Shown: piece by piece, positions 40,901 to 53,614 of the stretch
How the letters are laid out: every line of letters starts with the position of its first letter
How positions within the stretch are numbered: position 1 is the stretch's first letter
Position numbers and translations under genes: made by a program
The notes under the pieces: generated by a model
Told to the model about the DNA's origin: nothing
Seen by the model: the letters and a program-made list of their open reading frames with translations, nothing else
Databases searched by the model: none
DNA from: Podarcis melisellensis
Taxonomy: Eukaryota
Assembly (NCBI GenBank): GCA_964234715.1
Contig: OZ174278.1
Strand: one strand, 5' to 3'
Length of the DNA stretch: 64,000 nt

Positions 40901-43900
40901 AAAGCAATGGAAGAATGAGAACATCTGCACTTAAACATTTAAAAATGGTATTGGGGTGAAAAGTTCATTTTGAAATGTTCATGTGCTGCTATAAAGATCT
41001 GCTCTTCTTTTTAAGGTAATGCAGCCTTTAGCTCAACAGCCCATTTTACCTGTTGTGAAGCAGTCTGTCAAGGAACGATTAGGTCCAGTACCTGCCAGTA
41101 ACATTGAGCCTGCTGAAGCTCAGAGTGCCAGTACAGAAGCTGTTCAGGTGGGTATAATATTTGTTTTCCAAAATATTAAGAGATCTGTAAAACTAAACTG
41201 AATTTTCCCTTTGATAAAGGGTTCTATTTAGCAGAAATTGGTGGCCTTTTTTTAATAAACATACTGAAATTTATAGATGGTTTTTCCCCCCTAATACAGA
41301 CTACTGGTAAAAAATCATGTTTCAATTTGTGAACCAGGTTAGAGGCTCTTTAAAAAAACTCCCTTTCACAGCCCTAGACGATAACTGACATAATACTCTT
41401 GTGATATACTGTTTTATCAAAGATGAAAGATCTGTCTTTTATGCTGCTGGTTGGGTAATATTAAAAGTCTTGGTACAAAATACATATCATACCAATATTG
41501 GAAAATGTTAATTATTTTACAAGCAAAACCTATCCACTTAAGCAAAGTTCTTTATGTGGAAAAATATGGGCAAATCAATTTTTATTTTCTGTTTTTATGG
41601 AACTTTGGAAAGCAATGTCATTTTCTCACATGTTTTAGGGAGATTGAGGTAGTGACATGGCACTGCTATTTTTTTGCGATATCTGTGTGCTTCCCATAAC
41701 TCCTAATTCCATTATAAGATTATCTTAACGGTGTGCCCTCTAAAGAAAATGCAGAGAGCACACTGTTGAGTTGAATTGTATTCACGTTTGTTAAATCGGT
41801 TTGCAATCTGTCTTCATGCAGTTCTTGGTATATTATCCAAACGAGAACTACTGCACAGCTTCAGCCTGGGTGTGGAAACCATATGACCTTAGTTGGAGGA
41901 AAGGGGGTTGGTTCATCGATGCCTTGATGCGCTCTTCTTCATCCTAGCCTCTCCACAGCCCCTTTTGAAAGCTTTGTTGCTGCATCTCATTGGCCTGCTC
42001 TTCCCAAGCATTTTGGAGCATGGCTTCCAAGCTGCTGACATCTCTCTGCCAACCCTTAAGGTCCTGGAAATCTACAGGGTCTTGTGATAATGCAGGAGGA
42101 TGTGTTACCATGGTGCTCTGACAACTTTTCACTACCTTGACCTCCTTGTTGCTGGGATAGGCACCTGCCATGCCAGCAATGGAGCTCCTGAATCCTACCA
42201 CATCCAGCAAAAGGTGGGCGGGACAGATTCTTGAACCTGTTGGCCATGACTGTTAAAGTGGTGCTCCTTACTCTCGTACACTGCAAGCACCTTTTCTTTC
42301 AACCTCATGGAGGCTGTACTAGATCCATCACTCCGGTCTACCTACCAACCAGGCCAGCCTTTCTAACTGAACTTAAAAGAATATTTGAAAATGCGAAGCT
42401 TAAGAAATAATGGCTTTGCTTATAGCTCCAGTTAAAGTGAGAAGTGCCCGTGCTTAGTTTAAAAATACATGATCACAAACTATTTTTTTTAAATTCTTTT
42501 TCCTAGAATGTAACAAAACTGTCTGTGAAGGAAAGGCTGGGCTTTGTACCTAAACCACCTACTCCAGCCACTGAAAAGGTAAGGAAATAATCGTGCCCTT
42601 GAACTGTCACATAGCAATAATATCACATGCACACTTAGCATAGGTGCTTCTAATGTCCATTAAACATGTGAATGCAAAATGATTGCATGCTTCTCCTCCT
42701 CCTCCTCCTCTTCCTCCTCCTCCTTCCAATGAATAGAGCTCTGCAGTGAATTGAACACAACTAAACCTTGCTGACAAAGTTAAGATGAAATAAAGTTTTC
42801 AGTATATATAGGCGTCTTCATGAAACCTAAATGGTTGCGGTTTGGGCAGGAGCTTGCATGACAGGGTTATCATTTGTAATACTAAATTGAGATTGGGCCT
42901 GTGAATGAAGAGTGGACAAAATTATGGTCCGTTGGAAATGGCCTCTGAGATCTGGTGACAGGCATCCCTTACCGTGATTCTACTTCTTTGGAGGTCTAGG
43001 ATATTCAATAAGAGCTGGAACTGCATGGGTGAGCTGCCTTCTTCCTGAAAACTCTGAATGCTCTTAGTGAGTGAGGGGTAGCTTCTGCTGAATTCTGCAT
43101 TTTGCTTTCGGTGTTGCTTTTGCTGTTGCCTTACTGCTTGCCCAGTCTGCTTGGGTACATGACCTGCATCTCGCAGGATTGAGATGCCGCTCCCTTCTAC
43201 AGCTCTTCTGTTCTGCTTGGTGAAAACTGCATGATAGAAAGGGGAAAGAGAGGTTGTCTGGAATGGGTGCAGCATCTTCATCTACTGCTGCCCTTGGATT
43301 GTGGACTTAGCTTCTTGCCTTTGCTGAACCAATATACATGAAATGTGCTTCAGGATCATTTGACTTGGATAAAATTGCTCACACTTAGTGCTATAAGCTT
43401 TCTGAAAGCTAGTTGGAAGCCCTGTTAACATCTTACTTGTATGTTGGACATAAAAGCACATAGAGCAAGGAGCAGAGCTATGCTTTTAGGCCTGCCCACA
43501 GCATTGTGTGTTTTTCCTTCTCCCCACAAATGTAGCACTATGTGTGGTTGTGTTAACAAATGGCCCAATGTGCAGACTCTTGCTCACGAGTAGTGGCTCC
43601 ACATGATCTACATGATCAGGTGTTCTGATTGAGTGCAGCGGGAACTCAACATGTTGGGCTTTTTGTTCATACAACATTTGATGGTTTTTGAGGAGTGGGG
43701 AAAGACTCAGGTCATGCTAAGAACACAGCCCAGGTGCCTGTTCTAAATATGTATGCCCTACTTGCAAGTAATGTGTGAATAGGGTCAGTGTTGCAGAAAA
43801 GGGGGTGGGAGAATAACCTTAAATTGTGGTCTTGCATGTTTGTGAATGCTTAAAATAGATTTGACACCCTAGAATTCATTTCTAGTGCATGTTAAAGGAA

Positions 43901-46900
43901 TATTTTGAAAATGGTTTCCTTCTATAGGTGTTATCTACTTCTACTTTGACATAGCTTCAATATACATATTAACAAACTGTTTGGCTTGGTGGCGTTGCTT
44001 CTGTATTTGATGACGCACAATACAAAATAAGACTGGTTCTGAATTTTTTATTTGTGAATCCTTTCGTTTGTGACACAGTGTGAGGCAAGAGAGTTAACAC
44101 CTTTCCCTCCTTTATTGTTTTTTTCCTGCGTGTGGGTCGGGTGACGAATAAGATCTGTGCTAAGTTTATGGAGTGTATTTTTGAGACTTGTTTCTTAGAC
44201 CGTAATATTCAGTACTGTATAGCAAAACTCTCTTGAAGCCGAGAAATGTTTAAAAGCAATTTTGTATGGCAGGGTGGCGATCTGCCGTTCAAAGGGGAAA
44301 GTCAACAATTCCACTGGACATCCTCAGACGTTAAGCAACAACCATTTGGGAGTGAGCGGGGTAGGGATTGGCGGAGAATCTGCTACTAGGTTTTACTGTG
44401 CTAGGAATTTCTGAGAAGAACATTAATTTCTGTATAGTTTGTGTTTTTCAGTGAAAGACTTTTTAGCAATATAGAAATTCTTAGATTTGCTAAGCAGATA
44501 TCTCCCTTGGCTATAGAGCTTCTATATCCTAGGGTCCTGTAGTCAGAAGAGTACTTATGTGTCTTGCTTGTATACTTGGGTGTAAGTGATCAACTTGTTC
44601 CACAGTGAGAATGAATCTCTCCCCAAGTCAATTTTACTGAGTTGTTGTGTTTCATCCTCCAATACTGCATAATGCTTGGCTTGCATGCAGCTTGGCTTGC
44701 TTGTTTATTTGAGCTGTATGTTTTTTAACCAACCATATTCCATGTTGGATATAATGCTTCTTTCTAGGATGCTAGGGACATACAAACATCTCGGGCAATT
44801 GCTGGCAGCTGGGAATTGATCTTATTAGCTATACTCCAGCTGTGGATTTCTATGACTTTGTAACTACATCACTTGCCAGCACTTAAAATATTCACCCCGA
44901 AATAAGTGAAAAAATGGGAACTCCCATTTCTTAATTAACTGATTATATTGCATAGTCTGATTTATATAGAAACTGCCAGGCACAACTTTCCTGCTGAAAC
45001 AGAGGCACATGTTGATAAAGCTCAAGTAGATTGTTTTCTACAACACATGGAAAACAATTCTGGAATTCTGACTTTAGAGGCAGTCCTAGCCTGTCTTTAA
45101 ATTGACATGAGTTTGTTTACTCCATTTTTTATGTTCATGCCATCTTTGCAATCACAGCAACAAGCGTCTGTCTTGGAGTAATATACTTTGAATCCTATAT
45201 TTACGAATTCTTTATTTACTAGCAAAATAAAATGGTTTCCTTCTGTAGGTGTTGTCTACTTCTACTGGCTTGACAAAAACAGTGTATAACCCAGCTGCTT
45301 TGAAAGCAGCGCAGAAAATGTTGCCTGTTGTTAACAGTTCCATGCTAGATTCTAGTGAAGCACAGAAGAAAAAACAGGTAAATTGAACTCTGCTTATTTA
45401 TAAAACAGCAATAATTTATTTAGAAATTTGCAACATCTAGAACATAGTTTGTCATGATTGCTTATTCCTGAAGAAGCTGGATACTGTGCCTTTGCCAGAA
45501 TCTCTGTCAAGTTCTGAAAATTATTTCAAAAGTTGTAGTTTGAGATGTTTTGTTGGTGCACCTTCTCAGTAAAGGCTAAACCTGAATCTGCTTTCATGGA
45601 CACATTTTAGGAAGAGGGGTAATTTTCTCTTTGCTACCTAAGGCAGTGGGTTGCTAGATGCCATTTGATTATCTTACTTGGCTTCTAGGGTTGCAGAAGA
45701 TATAGTACTCAGACCAATTGCTAGAATTTAGTTGTGTGAATTATTTTTCTATTTCATAATATTTATATACTGCTTGAATGTAAGAAAAACCCCCAAAGCG
45801 ATTTACAAAAAGATTAGACCGTTGTAATTGCAGTTGTGCTTGTAGGTGAAGGATGCCTTTCTTACAGTGGGTCAGGCCAGATGCAAGCTAAAGCTTTCTG
45901 ATCATCTAACAACGATTAGAATGAAGATGCTCGCTTTTCTGCGTCTTCCCCTCTTTTTAACAGATTCCCTTCCCTTCCATTTTTCGAGCTAACTGTGCTA
46001 TAGTGTCCTGTCCTCGCTAGTGTGCTTGCTAAAAATGCTCTACTCCAAATCAGTTGCAGCCAAGGTTAGCAGTGGATTTGTAAACTGAAGGTTGAGCAGT
46101 TCATGGCTAGTGGAAATTCAGGTGCAGATTTAGTGCTATATCAGCCTTATAAAGCAAGATGGAAGGAGGATTTATGTGCAGAAGCAAAGGAAGAATGTAG
46201 GGGAAGTTAGATAGGAGTTACTCATATCTTGTGACTTTCATTAGACTTGGTTTGGTGCCTAACTTCTGGTATTCAGCGCCTACATAGAAATAATACCATC
46301 AGGAATTACGTCTGGCCCGCTAAATCCCTGTACTGTGGACAAAAGAAGACAAACGATGTCCTCTAAACAATAAAGTACAATGAGCTATTTGAAGATCTTA
46401 CACTCAAAAGCGTGAAAGAAACATCTTCAGTACCAATTACTGAAATGCCCTTAGCCCCAAGTAGCAGTTTAATCTTGTGTTGATCTTAAGGACAGAACTT
46501 TGTTTCATGTTACATTTTACAGTAGTATGTATTTTCTGCTGCTGTTCTTCTTGCATAGCTTTCTGAGTCGTCAGTTTTCTTCACCTTTTTTACCAATGCA
46601 CTTCATCTTTGGGTGTTTTCATCTCCCTTTTCTAGAATTAAATAATCCTGAGCAATCTTCCTTGAGCTGCTGCTTCTCTTAACGTCTTACATTTTCTCAT
46701 TATCCTTGGAGAGGAGACTTGTTTCTTTTTTCACTTGATTTGGACAAGTGTAAAATGTTTTATCGGCATTTTCCTTTCAGGGCTGTAAGTTTCCAACATC
46801 AGATTTGCAGTATTCTGCACAGTATTTCGCTGAAGAAACCCTAGTATAAAAACATAATATTGTGCACATTCCTTTTCAGAATGTCAAACCATTTTTCATT

Positions 46901-49900
46901 AGTTGAATTTTTTTATCAGTGTATAGTTAGGGGAAGGTGATTAGTATTTGAACTTTGCTATGGGCATGAGAATTTATTTGAATGCTGCGGTAGGTGATAA
47001 GATCTTCAGAACAGGGATGCAGGTGGTAAAATTTATCAGGAGAAGCGAACTCTGGTATTATTTATATATGTAACACCTAGTGGTAGAAATCATTTGACAT
47101 TCTGCATACTTCATTTTGCCGTAAGATAAATAAACTTGGTAAATATACTTCCTAATGTCCCAAGATGAGCAACACATCTATGTTATCTAAGTAAATCCAA
47201 TAATTCACCAATTGAAACTCTTGCATTATCCAGTTTAGTCTCCAAGCGTAACAATTTGGAATCATTTATTGACCTTTGCATTTCTCTGTATGGTCTGGAT
47301 TATTTGGGGAAAGGCCTTGAGTGATACTCAGCTAAGTTTTACTTAGAGTAGACCTCTTGGAATTAATAGCGCTTAGTCATGTTCATTAATTTAAATGGGT
47401 CTACTCTGAATAAGTTGAATAGCACCCCTTCAGTTTGGTGCCCAACTATGGTTAAGAGATGCCACATAAGGCTAATATGTGCAATACATCTGAAACATTG
47501 ACACCTAATTCTAATGTTTTAGAATTTCTATGCATATCTTCTAATAAAAGGGGGTGAGATCCATAGTTACCTGCTTTCAGAAACAAGTTTGATTTCTTAC
47601 AAATCTGGTATTAACCACTTTAGAAAGTTGTCACGATAAAAGAGTTTCTTTCACTTCTCTTGCAAGTTCAGATTTGTTTCAGCTACTACAGAAAAATCAG
47701 TAAAATAAAATTCATTTGATCAAATATTTTGTAAGGGGTGTCTTATTGCATCACATTTTCTTCAATTGTAATTCAGACATGAATGGGATTCACCTCCACT
47801 TGAAAACAACTGGCTTACTCAGTACTGTAGTCCCATTAATGTAGCAGTTCTGCAGGCTGGTTTCTTCATTTGCAGAGACCAAATATGCAGATTTCTTTCT
47901 CAGAGGCCATTGATTCAGAATGACCCAGATTTGTGTCAGATCTTTTTGTATTTAATCATTGGGAAAAGTAATTCCTCTAATTTCCTTGCATATTAATCAT
48001 ATTTGTCACCAGAAATTGGGTTTCTGGATATCTTGCTCTGAAAGTCATGATGCAGGTGGTTCAGTGCTTTAAGAAATTGTTCTTGAGGAGAACAAGCTGA
48101 TTTTGGAATAGCAAAATAGGCCACATAGGGTTACAGCGATAATTATTTCCTTAACTTAGAGTCTTACATGCTTTGTGACAAATTTTCTCTGTTAAACTGT
48201 GTTGAATTTCACTTTTGTTCAAGTTATGAAACTGAAGCACATGACTGTCATTACCGTGTCTTGCCTCAAAATGGAAAACTTTCTGCTAATATGGTTTTTT
48301 TTTTAAAAAAAACATAAATCGCAGTCACAACTGTGATGAACCAGTAAATATTTCTGTTAACATAAAACAACTTCATTGCAATTCCTTATTCAAAGAGTCA
48401 TGGAAAGTTCAAACAGAAAGGAAACAAGGAATTCAGAAGCGGTCCTAAGAATGCATTCCAGATTTAATGAATTGCATTTCCTTGCTATGTGTAGCTATTT
48501 TTCTGTAGGCTCTTAATGCATATTGGTTGGAAATCCAATATATTTTTCAATATTTTTGTTAATTTAGCTACTAGAAAGGTGCAATTTAGCCATAAAAGTT
48601 ATGCATCCTCCAGACCCCTAACTTTAGAAATGCTCCAACAAATCCTGTAAACAGCACAGAATTAGTAATCTTGGAATTCCAGAATGGCACCTGTGACAAA
48701 AAGTAATGCACAAAAAGCTCTAAATATATAAATGATGCAATCGTGCAGCATCCCCATAGCAAAGCATGGAACCTTGCACTTCCTAATCCTGAATATGGTA
48801 AGGGAGTGTACAAGTCTCCAGAGGAGCAGATATAACACAAGCATTTGGTCAACAAATATCGGTTGTCAAATGATGTAACTGCATATATTGCTGTTCTGTG
48901 TCAATTATAAATACAGGAAGAGATGATATCACATAACCATTCAAGGCGAGATTCCATGTATTGTTCTCTCAAGATGTTTGAGAACTGACATTGTGCAAGT
49001 GGTAGCATACAGAGTTTAATAATAGTAGTTGCATCAGGGGCTGAATATGATCTTTCACAAATGCAACATACCCATTGGATTCTGCTGTTGTGCTACATTA
49101 AGACATAGGCACGAGTTAGCGGTATGGCTGCCATTTTTGGAGATCACCTTCAGCGTGCCCCTGCTCAGTCACATCAGTTCTTTCCACATTATTGGTTTAT
49201 TCTAATCGGACAGAATATATGAGTAAAATGGGTGGAATTGCGCAGTTACTCATCAGCTTATGTTTAACAATGGGCGATAATAATTGTGTTTTTATGCTTC
49301 CAGGAGGCACTAAGACTTCAGCAAGACGTGAGAAAGAAAAAGCAAGAGATTTTAGAAAAGCACATTGAAACACAAAAGGTAAATATATACATTAATGCAA
49401 CTGGGCTACTGTTGAATAATATTAATAATCATTGATGTATTGTAAGACAGTGCTACTCAAAGTGGTGGTCCATGTACTGATGTTGGTCCACAAGCCATCA
49501 GTTGCTGGTCCATGACCCCATCACAGCCCAGGTTGAGTAGGATGCTTCAGGAACCAAATATTGGCATATTGTGGGTAGGTTGTTGATACACCACAGCAAC
49601 ATAGTTTGAGAAGCAATGTTGTAAGATACAGTGCTTGCTACGTCACTGTAAAATCCTGTGCTGTAAAGGTTGCTAAGCGGTGATTCAGGTGAAACACAAA
49701 TCTTACTTATCATTCCAGGGCTCATAGGGATCCCACTAAAATTAATGAATCTAGGGCGGTGTGAGCTTGTGCACACCCAGATGAAACTTTGCAAGTAAAA
49801 CAGAAAGTGGTGATGGAATTAATGGGATGGAAGCCTCTGCCTCCGTATCCTAGGTATTAAGTCTGTGTCATTTGAGTGGAATTCCGCTTGGGTCGCCAAC

Positions 49901-52900
49901 CAAAAATCCACTCTGGAAGGCCCAAACTGTGTGAGGTGATGCCACAGGGCTGAAGGGAGAACTAGCGAAGAATCGCCCTCCCGCTTTCATTCATGGAAGC
50001 CCTTGTGGAAGGTAAACCACTCCTTCCAAGAACGAAATAACTCCTTCCGTGGACAGAACCGTTTGCATCTGGCTCATGGAAAAATAATTCCAGATTCTCA
50101 GCTGAAGCAATCCATGCTATTCGCAGCTGGTGTTACTGCCAAGCTAGTACTACTTTAAGAATATGGGTTTTAACAGCATAAAAAATCTTCCCAATCAAGT
50201 TGTGGAGAGCTACAAATTCAGTTCAAATCTGCCAAACACCGCCAAGCTGTCCTAGCTGTTCTTTCCCAACTCTTCACAGAGGAGAGCACAGTTGACAAAT
50301 TTTGTAGAAGAGTTACACGAATGACTAGTGGAAATCTGTATTGGAGAGTTCTCAATGCATCTTTCTAAGCGCACTAAGTTTGGTATCAAGACTGTACTTC
50401 CTACATCAGAATCTAAGGGTTGTTTAATTCCTCTCTCCAGTTGGAGCTGTTTTCCATTGATCTTGGTGCCATTTTGGATATTTGGCAGCTTTCCTTATTA
50501 TGTATGGATAATTTTTTTAAAAAAAATATCACTTGTGTCTTCATAAATGTGTGCGATGGTGGGGAGCTTAGATAAACTTCCTTCGAAGATGAAAAATAAC
50601 CCACGGGTAAAGGATTCCTGTTAGTAATATGTGTAATTTCAATAGATGCTGATTTCAAAACTGGAGAAGAATAAAACAATGAAACCGGAGGACAAAGCTG
50701 AAATCATGAAAACTCTGGAGACCTTGACTAACAGCATTACCAAGTTAAAGGATGAATTGAAAGGGGTCTCCACTCCAGCAAGCACTCCCCTGAAAAACAT
50801 GAAAACAAAAACACAGGTATCTGTATTTTGTCATCATTGGATGCTTTTAAGCTATCTTTTCTTTAAATCATTTTCTTTTGATGTATAAGTTTGCTGCGGA
50901 AAGCTGGGAGCGGATGCATTGATCACATTTTTGTTTTGCTTATCCTCCAAGATAACATACATAGGACTCTCTCTTTCCCACCACCACAATCCCATGACTG
51001 AGAAGTAGTGACTTGCTTAAAACCACCAAGTGACCTTTATGGCTGAATAGAAGTTTGAATCCATTCACCTGTCACTGGTGGGTCATTACAACACACCAAG
51101 GTTATGCTAAATCCAAACCACAGAGCCTAGGACTTGCTGATCAGAAGGTCAGCGGTTCGAATCCCCGCGACAGGGTGAGGTCCCGTTGTTTGGTCCCAGC
51201 TCCTGCCCACCTAGCAGTTCGAAAGCACAGTCAGAGTGCAAGTAGATAAGGTAAACGGCGGGAAGGTAAACAGTGTTTCCGTTTGCTGCTCTGGTTCGCC
51301 AGAAGCGGCTTAGTCATGCTGGCCACATGACCCGGAAGCTGTACGCCGGCTCCCTTGGCCAATAAAGCGAGATGAGTGTTGCAACCCCAGAGTTGGCCAT
51401 GACAGGGCCTAATGGTCAGGGGTCCCTTTACCTTTAAGGCGGTTTTCAGTGTGGGAGAGGAGGAGACAATTTTTGAAATTTGAGAAAAATAAAACTGCAT
51501 TACCCTCCTGGATTTATACCCCGTTAAAAAAAGAAGGCCCTTATGCTAACCTAGCAATCATCCTTCCCATAGATGTCAGCTAATGTTTCTTTTGAAGACA
51601 TTCCCCCTGAAACTTGAAACATTGTAATGCTCTATGGGAGTCTGGCTATTTACTCCCACGTTTTCTGCACGAGTTAAGAAATGCATACTAAATTGCTTAG
51701 TATCCTTTAGATGCAAAAAGAACTACTGGACACTGAGTTGGACTTGTATAAGAAGATGCAGGCAGGCGAAGAAGTCACTGAACTAAGACGAAAGTACACA
51801 GAACTGCAGCTTGAAGTAAGTTTATTTCATTTTTGATGGTCAGCACGGCACTATTCCACATGTATCCCCCCCTCAGTGAATTTGTGTAACAGTTAGGAAA
51901 AAATAGATTCTTACAACATATGACAACATCATACGCATAAAATAAAATATCCCACCCTAACCCAGAAGATGATGTTTATGCATTATATCCAAAATAACAT
52001 CCAAATAACTTAACTTTGGGAGCAGCATGCATTTTCAAAATGTTCCCCTAGGTGGTGCTGTTGGTGTTTAGAACTGTTAAGCAGTTACTGAAATGTCTGT
52101 TTTCAATTCGCTGCCTTTAAAAGAACGCGAGCGCATTGAAAATAATGCATCACCTTAAAATGATTGTATGTTAAGCCCAGACTCCTAGAGTGAAGTGAAA
52201 TGAATGGCAGAAGGTCATCTGATGCAAAGTTAGTTCTCTTTCTCTTTGAAACCGAATTTTGCTAATTATTGCTTCCCAATTCTTATCGATTTGCAAAGCA
52301 TATTAAAATGAAGCGTTACGTAATGCCAGCTTGATCAGCATTCTTTCATATTTCATTTCTTTGGAAGTGCCTTTACCAGGCCTAAACTTCATACACTGGC
52401 ATTTGCTGCCCTGTTAGGTGATTTGCCGCACCATATATATATTGCTGTCATGTTGTCCCCAAACAATATGGAAATAAGAAGTGGCAAAGTCTTCAAGGAT
52501 CTTTCCATCTGTGTGTTCCTCTGCCTGCCTTGCGTCTCTGACTCAGTGCAGCGTACCCATGGGGAGAGAGCCTGTAATCCCATCAGGCACATAGTATTTC
52601 CTAAATGAGGCAGACATGAATTTGGCCCAGGACAAAACAGACTGACCCACTACCACATATTAGAGAGAGATTACCACATATTAGAGAGCTAAGAAAATGA
52701 ATGGGTGGATGTAAGCATCTGGAATGATCAAATGTCTTTGGGAGTCCTAGAATTTGTGCCTGAGTGTGAAAGTTGTTGCATGTAATTGCTCTGGGGTGTG
52801 TTTCAAGAGGTTTACTATTCAAGGTGACTTGGTGTGGTGTTGCAAAGGCTGTCAATTGGCAAGTCTGGCTCAGATCTTACCTCTGACATAAATTCCTGAG

Positions 52901-53556
52901 GTAGCATTAGACTTGTGTTTCCCAAACTTGGGTCTCCAGCTATTTTTGGACTACAACTCCTGCCATCCCTAGCTAGCAAGACCATTGGTCAGGGATGAAG
53001 GGAATTGCAGTCTGAAAACAGTTTGGGAAACACTGCAATTAGACAATCTCCCCTGAGTCCCCATTTGCAATGTGGAAATAATAACAATATTGGTATATCA
53101 TCAAGATGTTTTAAGGTTTACAGTAGCATAAGTTCAGACCCTCGTACCTACGGGACCGCCTCTCCTGGTATGTCCCACAGAGGAACTTACGGTCTTCAAA
53201 CAAAAACATATTGAAGGTCCCAGGCCACAGAGAGGTTAGGCTGGCCTCAACTAGAGCCAGGGCTTTTTCGGCTGTGGCTCCGATCTGGTGGAATGCTCTG
53301 TCACAAGAGACTAGGGCCCTGCAGGACTTGACATCTTTCTGCAGGGCCTGCAAGACAGAGCTGTTCCACCAGGCCTTTGGCCAGGGCACAGTCTGACTCC
53401 CTCCTTTGGCAATCTTCACAGAACTCTAGCCCAATGGTTGCCATCAATTTGATTTGAATTAATTTTATAATGAAATGATTTTAGAATGTTGTATTATTTT
53501 ATTGTTGTTAGCCGCCCTGAGCCCGGCTCCGGCTGGAGAGGGTGGGATATAAATAA

Positions 53557-53614
<58 letters not shown>

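Noticed and set aside
48040-48345. Intronic C/D-box snoRNA (ATGATGC...CTGA near 48048-48100; GTGATGA at 48332)
   Set aside because: First C box is imperfect and the span is short; second has no nearby D box; no clear terminal stem
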